Notes under the pieces: model-generated | What the model was told of the DNA's origin: nothing | What the model saw: only the letters and a program-made list of their open reading frames with translations | Databases searched by the model: none | In this document: piece after piece, positions 1 through 9,091 of the stretch | How positions within the stretch are numbered: position 1 is the stretch's first letter | How the letters are laid out: each line of letters starts with the position of its first letter | Translations under genes and position numbers: made by a program | NCBI GenBank assembly: GCA_036835125.1 | Contig: DAITMO010000001.1 | Coordinates: 1-55,443, forward strand | Source of the DNA: Patescibacteria group bacterium | Lineage (GTDB): Bacteria > Patescibacteriota > Microgenomatia > UBA8517 | Length of the DNA: 55,443 nucleotides | Direction of reading: 5' to 3'

Positions 1-55
1 AATATTCAACTTGTGGCAAGGGTTGCGCTCGTTACCCCACTGAAGGGAACACCCT

Positions 56-907
56 CTGTTCTAATTAAAGAACAACTGACTATACCTTCATCCTCTCTCC
101 TAAAATAAGAGTAGGCGTTGGCGTGTTAGGTAAATTATAAAAAATACCTCTTTTCGTATTATCGAAAAAGTCGATACGGGGTCAAGAAATTTTATATATC
201 ATACTGGAATGAGTATATGGAGAAACCAGATCAAAAAATCTTTTTATGGATTCGTTTGATACTCTTAGTTTTCCATTTTTATGAAGAGTACTTTTAATAT
301 TAAACCTTCTTAAAAGCAAATCTTTCAAATTTTGTCTGCTTGTTAAATCAAAACCGTCAGTTGCAATTTTAACATTGCGACCTTCGGAATAATTACCATC
401 ATCCATATACCAAACCGCAAGAGATAAGGCAGAAACATATTTTTCAAAAGTCTTTGGAAAAATCTTTTTACCTTTTGGATAAAATTCTTTCCTCCAACTT
501 ATAAAATATTGTCTCAACCAAAATCTAATTTGCGAGTAATTTTTGTTATATCGATTATCAAATCTAGTTACTTCAGTTGGCGCTCCATACGATAAACTTT
601 TTAGTTCCTCGTACTTCCATAATAAATATGGTTTTTGAGATATGCTTTGAGCTATCTGAAACTGTCCTCTTGGAGAGATATAACCATCCCCCAAAAGTGA
701 ACCAACCAAGATTTCAATCTGACGATTACTGATAATTAATTTTAGATTTTTACGAGCTTTTAGTTCCAGCATGTTAAATTTCCGACTTCCCTCGGTATTG
801 CCTTAATATAATATAATCCGAAAATTATACGAAAATCAAGGGTTTCACCGATATGAGCCAAATTTTGCTTCCAAATTACTTCGGAAGGCCGCAGCGGTGT
901 ATTGTCT
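56..907 (-). mobile_element. Group I intron in 16S rRNA after U1078 (E. coli numbering), about 852 nt
   Basis: Removal restores CUCGUGCCGU|AGGGUGUUCCC. The 5' exon ends in U and the intron ends in G. P1: GCCGU pairs with GCGGC (U-G at the splice site). P10: ACACC(G)CU pairs with 3' exon AGGGUGU. Core-like elements AUCGGUGAAAC, GGCAAUACCGAG, CGUAUCGACU and GAAGGUAUAGUC occur in the expected order. Confidence 0.9.
182..772 (-). CDS. Intron-encoded LAGLIDADG homing endonuclease (I-SceI-like, two motifs)
   Basis: Motifs ILVGSLLGDG and LSLAVWYMDDG; lies between the Q and R core elements (P6 region) of the S1078 intron. Confidence 0.92.
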   Translation of the reverse strand: MLELKARKNLKLIISNRQIEILVGSLLGDGYISPRGQFQIAQSISQKPYLLWKYEELKSLSYGAPTEVTRFDNRYNKNYSQIRFWLRQYFISWRKEFYPKGKKIFPKTFEKYVSALSLAVWYMDDGNYSEGRNVKIATDGFDLTSRQNLKDLLLRRFNIKSTLHKNGKLRVSNESIKRFFDLVSPYTHSSMIYKIS

Positions 908-911
908 ACGG

Positions 912-942
<31 letters not shown>

Positions 943-1058
943 TCAACCATCAATATTTCTAAAGATAGGCTCCTATTTCTAGGTGCTTAAAACGGTTGTA
1001 TGTCAAGGCTGGGTGAGGTCTTTCGTTTCGTCTCGAATTAAACCACATGCTCCACTGG

Positions 1059-1090
<32 letters not shown>

Positions 1091-1206
1091 TAACCTTGCG
1101 GTCGTACTCCCCAGGCGGCTCGCTTAACGCGTTAGCTTACGAGGCTCACTCTTGCGAGCAAACCTCTAGCGAGCAAAGTTTACGGCTAGGACTACAGGGG
1201 TCTCTA

Positions 1207-2238
1207 CTGTCTGTTACTTGCTACGATTTAATACGTAGTCTCACAATCGCTTGTGAGGTCGGACTATATCTTTATCCTAAAAATTGAGGAAGATTATAAA
1301 TCTTGGCATTATTACCATAAGATGATAATGCCAGTGATAAAACTTGGTTCTTTTCCCAACCCTGCCAATAGGCAGAATGTTGAGTTATTTTAACTCCTTT
1401 GATAAAACCAACTTTTTCATAAAATTTTTGCAAGTCTTCTCTTTTTTCAATTCGAAGCTTATTATCTTTTAGTAAAAGTCTTGCACGAATACCTAAAATT
1501 TTTAATAATCTTAAGTAATCTTTTTGGAGTTGCGGATGTTTGCAAGCTAAAAATACACTACGAATCAAATGCTTATATCCATTTCTATGATTCGCTACAT
1601 ATAAATTAACTCCCCCATCACAACTAAAAGCTGCTTTTAAAAAAACCGATAATAGATTTTTACTCGTTGTATTATTAAATGGTATTTTTGTAGCGGGATA
1701 GATTACCCCATCTTTTACCGTTTTATAAGCAAGAGTTCTAAAAGTACCATATTTGGAATTTAAAATATTTCCACAATATCCACTATCAACAATTGCTTTA
1801 TAAAAAGGTTTACCATTAATTATTTTTTCAGATATTCTAATTCTTTTGTTTTCTAATCCAAAAACATTAATCATACATTTTCTAAACGTATTTATGATTT
1901 CAGATGAAGTGTTGCTAAGATAAAATCTCCAACAATTCTCTGATTTTTTGGATAAGCATCCATCAGTATATAAAATACCTAATAAAGTTGCTTCATCATT
2001 ACTCACTTCTCCTCGCTTAGGATATTCGACATGTAGTCTCTGAGGGTTCCCCTTTCGAGGTCTTCCCTGCTGATTGACTGCACTTATAGCATTTTCAGTT
2101 AAAGAAATCGGCATTAATTCAGTATTACCCGAATATAATACGAAGTCAATAACTAGCTTAAGATACTCAGTTATTCCAGCATATAGTCGAATTTTTTTGC
2201 CATTAATTACTTAATGGAGGAACTAGAGTTTAAACCCT
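1207..2238 (-). mobile_element. Group I intron in 16S rRNA after U788, about 1032 nt
   Basis: Removal restores GGGAU|UAGAGACCCC, with U at the 5' splice site and a terminal G. IGS CUCUAGUUCCU pairs with 5' exon AGGGAU (P1) and 3' exon UAGAG (P10). Canonical P (AUAUGCUGGAAU), Q (AAUCAGCAGG), R (CUCAGAGACUACA) and S (AAGAUAUAGUCC) elements are present. Confidence 0.93.
1272..2114 (-). CDS. Intron-encoded double-motif LAGLIDADG homing endonuclease (start uncertain: ATG 2114 or GTG 2006)
   Basis: Motifs ATLLGILYTDG and VFLKAAFSCDGG; the bulk lies between R and S (P8 loop). Confidence 0.88.
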   Translation of the reverse strand: MPISLTENAISAVNQQGRPRKGNPQRLHVEYPKRGEVSNDEATLLGILYTDGCLSKKSENCWRFYLSNTSSEIINTFRKCMINVFGLENKRIRISEKIINGKPFYKAIVDSGYCGNILNSKYGTFRTLAYKTVKDGVIYPATKIPFNNTTSKNLLSVFLKAAFSCDGGVNLYVANHRNGYKHLIRSVFLACKHPQLQKDYLRLLKILGIRARLLLKDNKLRIEKREDLQKFYEKVGFIKGVKITQHSAYWQGWEKNQVLSLALSSYGNNAKIYNLPQFLG

Positions 2239-3281
2239 ATCCCTTTCGCTCCCCTAGCTGTCGTTCCTCAGTGTCAAAAAATGATTAGCTTCCTGCCTTC
2301 GCCCTTGGAGTTCCTGATGATATCAACGTATTTCACTACTACACCATCAGTTCCAGAAGCCCCATCACCTTTCAATCTAAATAGTATTACTCCCCTTCCC
2401 CCGGTTGAGCCGTGGTCTTTGAAGAATAACTTATCTAGAAACCTACGAAACGCTTTACGCCCAATAAATCCGGATAACGCTTGCACCCTCTGTATTACCG
2501 CGGCTGCTGGCACAGAGTTAGCAGGTGCTTATTCTCAATAACTTCTCAATTACTGTAAAAGGAGTTTACAACCCGAAGGCCTTCATCCCCCACGCGGCAT
2601 TGCGACGTCAGGCTTTCGCCCATTGCGTACGATTCCCTGTTGCTGCCGACCGTAGTCGTATGGACCGTGTCTCAGTTCCATTCTGGGGAAACGCGCTCTC
2701 ACGCCCCCTACCCGTCATAGCCTTGGTAGGCCATTACCCTACCAACAAGCTGATGGGAGATAGGCTCATCCATCGGCGCGCAGTGAAGCGCTTTTCTCTT
2801 TCGAGGTCATGCGGTATTAGCCCTACTTTCGAAGGGGTATTCCACACCATTGGGGAGATTCCTATCCATTACTCAGCCGTTCGCAACTGAAAGTATTGCT
2901 ACTTTCCGTTCTACTTGCATGCATTAGGCATGCCGCCAGCGTTAATCCTGGGCCAGGATCAAACCCTCAAATAGTGTCTAATTAACAAATAAATGTTAAA
3001 AGACGAATCCTGTTTCCAATCACGTTTTGAATTCCAAAACATGTTTTCTTCCCAGACTTCGCACAGAGGTCTAGGAAATTTGTATTAACCTGTTAATCTT
3101 TGGATTTTAAGGTGCTTAAAATCTTTAAGGTAAAAACGACAGTCATAAATACTAACGGACTAACTTAAAAATAAACTAATTCGGGTCCTTCTTATTTAAA
3201 ACTGTGATTTGTACCTTAAAATGTGCTTGGAGAGTTATCAACCTATGAGGCGAGTCAACTTATTCCTTCAGTGTAGGTAGT

Positions 3282-3310
3282 AGTATATATCAGACCCTCT
3301 ACTTCGTCAA
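3282..3310 (-). promoter_or_regulatory. Sigma70-type promoter for the 16S rRNA gene
   Basis: Minus strand TTGACG-17 nt-TATACT, about 300 nt upstream of the 16S 5' end. Confidence 0.7.
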
Positions 3311-3363
3311 TCATTGAATCCAAATGATTTGCAGTTTTTCCGATATTGTTTCATTTTTAGTTA

Positions 3364-3939
3364 ATGTCTAAAACTTCAAAGAAAAAGATAACTGCAAAAT
3401 ATCTTAAAAGTATTGGTGTCCCAGGAATTCTGATTGCAGGATTTATCACTGCTCACATGTTGGGGTGGGATGCAAAAGCTTTGGAAAGAATTAACAATTA
3501 TCACAAATTAAGGACCCCTTTTCTCAAAACAGGGATTGTAGAAGAAATATTAGATGATGATACATTTGTACTCAAAAATGGCGTAACGGTCCGTATGATA
3601 GGTATTAATACTCCTGAAGGTGAATCCTCGGGAAGTGCATATTTAAAGAAAAAAGTGCTCGGTAACAAAGTCTATTTAGAATATGACCGTTATCAAGATG
3701 ATAAATTTAGTAGGGTTCTTGCATGGGTATGGATAGACTGTGAGAAGTCTCCCACTTTCCTTCCTGCCGATTATATGCATAAAAGCAACAATGAAAGTAA
3801 TGAGGGTTTGGTGGAAAATCCTAAAGGATGCAAAAAAGGAAAACTAATAAATGAGGAACTAGTTATTCTTCAATATGCTGATCCTGTTACCTATAAAGAT
3901 AGAGGTGAACTAAAATACGAAAAACGTATAAATATATAG
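3364..3939 (+). CDS. Thermonuclease (SNase-like) family protein with N-terminal membrane anchor
   Basis: DDDTF..NG.TVRMIGINTPE, VYLEYD..QDDKFSRVLAWVW and LINEELV match the staphylococcal nuclease fold pattern. Confidence 0.8.
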   Translation: MSKTSKKKITAKYLKSIGVPGILIAGFITAHMLGWDAKALERINNYHKLRTPFLKTGIVEEILDDDTFVLKNGVTVRMIGINTPEGESSGSAYLKKKVLGNKVYLEYDRYQDDKFSRVLAWVWIDCEKSPTFLPADYMHKSNNESNEGLVENPKGCKKGKLINEELVILQYADPVTYKDRGELKYEKRINI

Positions 3940-3981
3940 TTATTTTTTATATTCAAGTATTTTTTTCTTATAAACAAAGCG

Positions 3982-4245
3982 TTATTCAATAAAAACATTA
4001 GAGGTGTTTATTATTCTTCCCGATAAACACGAGATTTCATTATCAATCAAAAATCTTCCTGTTGTTTCATCTATTGAACGGGAACTTGTACACTGTAATA
4101 TTAAATGTAATTCATCAGTGTTTATAGGTATTAGTTTATGTATATTTTCTCTACCTTTTAGGTTAAGGGTATATGAATCATTATTGTCTGGAATTTTTAA
4201 AATATTTTCGATTTTATATTCAACCGGGGTTCGAATTTCTATCAT
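3982..4245 (-). CDS. Hypothetical protein (87 aa)
   Basis: ORF filling an intergenic gap; no recognisable motif. Confidence 0.4.
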   Translation of the reverse strand: MIEIRTPVEYKIENILKIPDNNDSYTLNLKGRENIHKLIPINTDELHLILQCTSSRSIDETTGRFLIDNEISCLSGRIINTSNVFIE

Positions 4246-4377
4246 ATTATTAGTTCAATTTAGTCATCTTCTGCAGAAATATCCATTGAGTTTTCTAATC
4301 AGCAATACCCTCTAGGTGATAAATTGTTTCCTTTTTCTTTGAATGAAGTTTACTCTTACGTTTTATAGAAATCAAAT

Positions 4378-6189
4378 TCAGCCAGCTCCTCCCCCACCTC
4401 CACCTCCACCACCTCCACCACCACCAGAAAAGCCACCACTACTGCCCACACCTGAGGCTCCATAGCTTCCAAATGAGGACGAAAGTGCACTAAAAGAAGA
4501 ATTAAAACTTGTCATTGCGCTTATACTGCTACCTTTTAAATAGAAAGCTGAATATATTGGTGAGTGTGATGAAGCAGTATTACTAAAATCGATTGGTAGT
4601 TCTGAAAGAGCTTTAGTAGATATTCCAAGCACACTACCATAAACCAAGTATTTTTCCCACAAAATAACTGAATCTATTGGGTATCTTTTTGTGACCGAAT
4701 AGTCTTTAAGCCATTTTTTGAAAGCTTTCCATCCTGAAAGTTCTACCCCACCCCATTTACTTTTCTTCCGCATTGAGGCAACCGAAACAAAAAACAAAAT
4801 GTCACATATAAATAAAATTACAAAACCAAAAGGCAATAAATTAAAAGCACTAGAAGCTAAATAAACAATGTTTATGATTATCCAAAAAATAACTTCAAAA
4901 ACACTTTTATCTTGCATATCCAGGCTTGTTTTTTCATAGAAGCCCAAATCTTCAAGACCTTTTTTGGCTTTTTCGGTATAACTTTTCCAAAACTCACGAG
5001 TTCTTGTGGGATTAAACCTTGGTATGTTTTTTATTTCATCAAAATCAATTTTTGATCCTACTTTTGCTTTACTACCGAAAAATAGAAAATCTAATAATTT
5101 ATTCTCAATAAAAGTAACTTTATCTTTATATGAATCTGAGTTTAATACTAAATAATATTTGTCCTTATTTCCAAAAAGTGTCTTTTTACCATTTTTTAAA
5201 TACTCTATCTTTAAAACCTTTTTTCTTACTAATTCCAAAATTGTTGCAACAACAGATTTTCCAGTTGGGACACCATTTAATATGGTTTCTACATATACTG
5301 GCTCCAAATCACTCGGTGGTTCATGAAGAGTACCTGCAAGGTTTGTTTCAGGAATAGGATCGTCTTTTCCAAACTTACGCCAACGAATAAACCAAATAAT
5401 CGCCCGATAAACAAACAAAATCAGGATTAACGATATAGCAATTGTCCAAAACACATTTCGTCTTTCTTCCTTTCCACTATATGATTTTTCTTCATTTAGA
5501 ATTGAATCAAGAGTTTCATTGCCCAAGATTGCATTAGTAAATGAAGTGTTTAGTGGGAAAACAATTCTGACTTCAAATAATGTTTCTGGTGGTAAATTGG
5601 AGGCACTAAAATCTACTTCATTATTTGTAACTATATAAATATTTCCATTTAGTGGTCCATGCCCAAATGCCCAAATTTCATCATCGGGTACAGAGTATGG
5701 TAGAAGTACCTTTGCAGTTACCTCCCCCACTCCTTTTTGCCACCCATCTCCAATTAGTTGCCAATAGAATTCTGAATTATCTTTGTTGTTAATAATTGCA
5801 TTATCAATTTTGTACTTGAGAGTAAATATTTTTTGCTCACTCAAAGCTTTGTAATACCATTTGACATAGAGTTTTCCCTCACTCTCTTCAATACTGAAGG
5901 TTTTTGGCAAGCTTGATGTATTTTTGGAATATTCCGTCTCTCCTTCCCATATCTCAAAATTGGAAATTTTTGATTTACCGGTATTAATCCATTCATCTGC
6001 CCACGAAAAACTCCCATCAAAATCATACGTTCTTATCTCAGTAACGTTTGCTGATCCATCATTGTTTATCTGTACATTAAAAGTGGCGGAAGAAATCGAG
6101 TAATCCTTGGCTAGGATACTAGCTGGAGAACTAACAAAAAAGAAAAGTAGACCAAAAAAAGAGAATAAAACCTTTAGACATATTTTCAT
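4378..6189 (-). CDS. DUF2207 family membrane protein
   Basis: Signal peptide, YSISSATFNVQINNDGSANVTE, EFYWQLIG..W, WEKYLVYG..LG, Gly-rich C-terminal tail GGFSGGGGGGGG. Confidence 0.85.
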   Translation of the reverse strand: MKICLKVLFSFFGLLFFFVSSPASILAKDYSISSATFNVQINNDGSANVTEIRTYDFDGSFSWADEWINTGKSKISNFEIWEGETEYSKNTSSLPKTFSIEESEGKLYVKWYYKALSEQKIFTLKYKIDNAIINNKDNSEFYWQLIGDGWQKGVGEVTAKVLLPYSVPDDEIWAFGHGPLNGNIYIVTNNEVDFSASNLPPETLFEVRIVFPLNTSFTNAILGNETLDSILNEEKSYSGKEERRNVFWTIAISLILILFVYRAIIWFIRWRKFGKDDPIPETNLAGTLHEPPSDLEPVYVETILNGVPTGKSVVATILELVRKKVLKIEYLKNGKKTLFGNKDKYYLVLNSDSYKDKVTFIENKLLDFLFFGSKAKVGSKIDFDEIKNIPRFNPTRTREFWKSYTEKAKKGLEDLGFYEKTSLDMQDKSVFEVIFWIIINIVYLASSAFNLLPFGFVILFICDILFFVSVASMRKKSKWGGVELSGWKAFKKWLKDYSVTKRYPIDSVILWEKYLVYGSVLGISTKALSELPIDFSNTASSHSPIYSAFYLKGSSISAMTSFNSSFSALSSSFGSYGASGVGSSGGFSGGGGGGGGGGGGGAG

Positions 6190-6275
6190 ACCAAATAAAG
6201 TATAGCAAAAGATTAATCTATCTTAAGGTGATTCTTTGGTTTCCCTAATACAATATATTTCTTTTAAGTAAACTA

Positions 6276-6446
6276 TTACAATTTAAGAAATTCCAAAAGT
6301 TTTATTACAACAAGAACTGGCCATACAATTGCTTTTAAAAATGCCAATACTCCTTGACCAAAAGTCTCCGCGTGACCAATAAAATAGATTGCTGCTCCTA
6401 TAAAGCCCATTCCATAGACAGCTCCACAACCTGCACTTTTCTTCAT
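6276..6446 (-). CDS. Small 56-aa membrane protein (not in the ORF track)
   Basis: MKKSAGCGAVYGMGFIGAAIYFIGHAETFGQGVLAFLKAIVWPVLVVIKLLEFLKL; two hydrophobic segments; AGGGGG SD-like motif upstream. Confidence 0.7.
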   Translation of the reverse strand: MKKSAGCGAVYGMGFIGAAIYFIGHAETFGQGVLAFLKAIVWPVLVVIKLLEFLKL

Positions 6447-6526
6447 AATGTCCACCCCCTATTCATAAGTACATGATAATAGAATCATTTTCTTATATCA
6501 AACGATAATGAAGATAATTTAATAAG

Positions 6527-8014
6527 TTATAAACCACCAAAGAAAATACTTTGATCAATATTTTTTCCGTTTGTAACTATAAAGGAGGGAGCCAATACAC
6601 CACTTAAAAATTTTAGAAATTGTAGACACTCAGGTGGTAAATCATAAATTGTTCTTGCCTTGACAACAGATTTTCCGTCCCAGCTTGGAAGTTTATGAAT
6701 CTCACCAACAACCTGATTCCAATGCCATTGATAAGGACGATAGGGTTCTAAATTACCATTGATTTTGGAGCGGTAGTTTTTAACTATCCTAATTTCATCA
6801 TCTTGATGGTTTGAATCAAGATGTGTCACAGCAATTGAATTGTATTTAGAAACTTTTCGAAGATGTCTCATTATTACCAAATCAATTGGATATATTCCTC
6901 TGTCTCTCCCTGTTGATCTACCTCTCTCATCATTTTCAGTTCTATACATAGATGCATGTTCGTCATCCATGCTGTAAGGTGGAACCCTTGAACCAACACT
7001 AGACATATACGGAGTTTTCAGAACGCTTATTCTTCTTGCTATATCTTCATATATAATCACACCTTCTGTAGAATCTGGTATTCCCACTCTTCCTATGGGC
7101 CTACTGGAAGTCACATCTGAATATACTCCATGATATGGATCAAGCCCCGCTCCTTGAGCTCCTTCAAAGGTAAAAGGAACTTTAAGTTGATTTTCCCATA
7201 CATCTTTATAAATTGGCATTGCATCAACCACAAAACTTAAAATTGCTTTTCTTGCTTCTTCGAGTTGATCAAGATATTCATTGATGCTTCCAACTCTCAC
7301 CCTATCTCTTTTACCTTCAAGATTTAATCTATTAACAGTCTCTGAGGATAATATATCAACTCCACCCATGAGATCGGCATAGAAATTGTATTGTTTGGCA
7401 AAAATCTCTCTCCAATTTGGAGAAACAAAATCTGAAACAGTTATTGCTCTTTTTTCAAGCCATGTAGAATAACCTTGTGCTACCCCACTTCCAGTTGCCC
7501 CATGTCCAACATCTAATTTTCTATTTGTAAAACTTTCGTATGCAGAATGGACGTCGGTTATTATTACAGCATTTGAATCGATAATAATTTTTCCAGGAAG
7601 CTTGTCAGTTCCAATCCTATTTTTTGTATAATTCATTTCTGTAACTAGATCATTAGGATGAATTAGCATTCCCCGTCCCAAAATTGCAGTAGCGCCTTCC
7701 TGAGTACAAGCAACGGGAAGTTGATGAAGAGAAATCCCTATACCATTCACAAATATTTCGTGCCCAGCATTTCTTGTTCCATTCCATCTATATGAATAAA
7801 GAATTCCTCTTGGAGATTTTCTTATTAATTTATCGTTAATTTCTTGTGTTACTCTCCCTTTTCCTGAGTCTCCAAACGAAGTGTCTTCAATACATACTGA
7901 ATTTGGACGAATTTGAGTGTCTGTATTTGGGGGTACAACAAAACTCTCGGGACTAGGTGGTGCCGAATTGTAAACCTCGTTTATAAAATCAGAGATTCTT
8001 CTTTCTGTCTTCAT
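6527..8014 (-). CDS. purA: Adenylosuccinate synthetase family protein, divergent
   Basis: FGDSGKG, NAGH, FEGAQG..LD..HG.Y..VTSS, STGRDR and THLD align with PurA motifs. Confidence 0.85.
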   Translation of the reverse strand: MKTERRISDFINEVYNSAPPSPESFVVPPNTDTQIRPNSVCIEDTSFGDSGKGRVTQEINDKLIRKSPRGILYSYRWNGTRNAGHEIFVNGIGISLHQLPVACTQEGATAILGRGMLIHPNDLVTEMNYTKNRIGTDKLPGKIIIDSNAVIITDVHSAYESFTNRKLDVGHGATGSGVAQGYSTWLEKRAITVSDFVSPNWREIFAKQYNFYADLMGGVDILSSETVNRLNLEGKRDRVRVGSINEYLDQLEEARKAILSFVVDAMPIYKDVWENQLKVPFTFEGAQGAGLDPYHGVYSDVTSSRPIGRVGIPDSTEGVIIYEDIARRISVLKTPYMSSVGSRVPPYSMDDEHASMYRTENDERGRSTGRDRGIYPIDLVIMRHLRKVSKYNSIAVTHLDSNHQDDEIRIVKNYRSKINGNLEPYRPYQWHWNQVVGEIHKLPSWDGKSVVKARTIYDLPPECLQFLKFLSGVLAPSFIVTNGKNIDQSIFFGGL

Positions 8015-8073
8015 TTAAATACCAAACAGAAGCACTTTATATCTGAAAGAAATAGCTGTCAACAAGGAATTGT

Positions 8074-9084
8074 CTATTTTACAAACTCAAAACTTTCACC
8101 TGTAAAAAGAAGTTTTATATCAATTCCAATTAACTCTTTTGTGTACTGGTTGTATGTATTTAGTACATGTTTAAAGGTGCTTTCATTAAGTTCTTCACGG
8201 TTATGCACAAATTTATAAAGATGAAGAGGTGCTAATACTTCGGGGCTTACATCACGAGTATCATAGGCATTAAGTTTTCTATTAGCCAAGAATATATCTA
8301 TATTGTAGTTTTTACCTAAATTTTCCTTAGCTTTACTATTTTTGAAGTTCATCCCATCCCCTGTGTGCAGCAGTGTAAAACCATCAACTTCTACAAGATA
8401 CCAAGCATTTGGTTCCATGAAGTTTCCATCTCCCCTATGATCTGTCTGGAAAGCTGTAATTTTGACTCCCTCAATTTCAGTTTCTTTATCATATTCAAGC
8501 TCCATTAGGTTGGGATAGTTTTCATTACCAAAAACAAAACCAAAATTTTTTGGTAAAACTACTTTTTTACCGTTATCCAACGCTTTTTTCAAAAGCATGG
8601 GATCGTAATGGTCAGGGTCACCATGAGTAATTAAAATTACGTCCGCTATGTTTGCAATTTTTTTCTGGACAAGAGAAAGAGTTATATCTGAAGTGTCGAA
8701 AGCAATTATATGATTCTTGGTTTTTGTAACAACACCCATGTTCATAATGCTCCAAATTCGGATTTTACCAGTCTCAATTTCAGTATTTTTAATCTCCTCT
8801 ATTGCTCTTTTGATTCTAATTTCCGTCCACTTTCTATGATTTCCAATAATGTAATGGAAAATTGTTGGAGATTTATCTGGAATGACAGGAAGCCCTTTAG
8901 CCATAAATGTTTCTAGGTCAGAAGACAGGATAAGTCTTTTTTCATCAAGGACATTGGGATTGGACTCTTCAACCCGTTTATCCATTTCAACAACTGATTT
9001 TGGGATATAAAAATATAGAAGTGCTACTATTGCTAACAAGAATACCAAAGGAGAAAAGCTTTTGAAGAGTTTTTTGATAAACAT
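8074..9084 (-). CDS. Membrane-anchored MBL-fold metallo-hydrolase (UlaG-like); likely start 9084
   Basis: N-terminal TM, ITHGDPDHYD, TDH, LLHTGD and PLH metal-ligand motifs. Confidence 0.75.
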   Translation of the reverse strand: MFIKKLFKSFSPLVFLLAIVALLYFYIPKSVVEMDKRVEESNPNVLDEKRLILSSDLETFMAKGLPVIPDKSPTIFHYIIGNHRKWTEIRIKRAIEEIKNTEIETGKIRIWSIMNMGVVTKTKNHIIAFDTSDITLSLVQKKIANIADVILITHGDPDHYDPMLLKKALDNGKKVVLPKNFGFVFGNENYPNLMELEYDKETEIEGVKITAFQTDHRGDGNFMEPNAWYLVEVDGFTLLHTGDGMNFKNSKAKENLGKNYNIDIFLANRKLNAYDTRDVSPEVLAPLHLYKFVHNREELNESTFKHVLNTYNQYTKELIGIDIKLLFTGESFEFVK

Positions 9085-9091
9085 CAATGGG

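Noticed and set aside
1096-2890. ORFs 1096-1287, 2274-2513, 2281-2541 and 2525-2890
   Set aside because: They lie within 16S rRNA exons; chance frames in structural RNA
4382-4445. CCACCT/CCACCA tandem repeats, and the Pro-rich repeats at 19976-20266
   Set aside because: Explained by poly-Gly and Pro-rich coding sequence; not CRISPR or VNTR. No repeat-spacer array was seen anywhere in the window.
6527-8014. PurZ (2-aminoadenine Z-genome pathway)
   Set aside because: PurZ has Ser in place of the catalytic Asp (GSTGKG). Here the Asp is kept (GDSGKG), and no dATPase, MazZ or phage polymerase is nearby.
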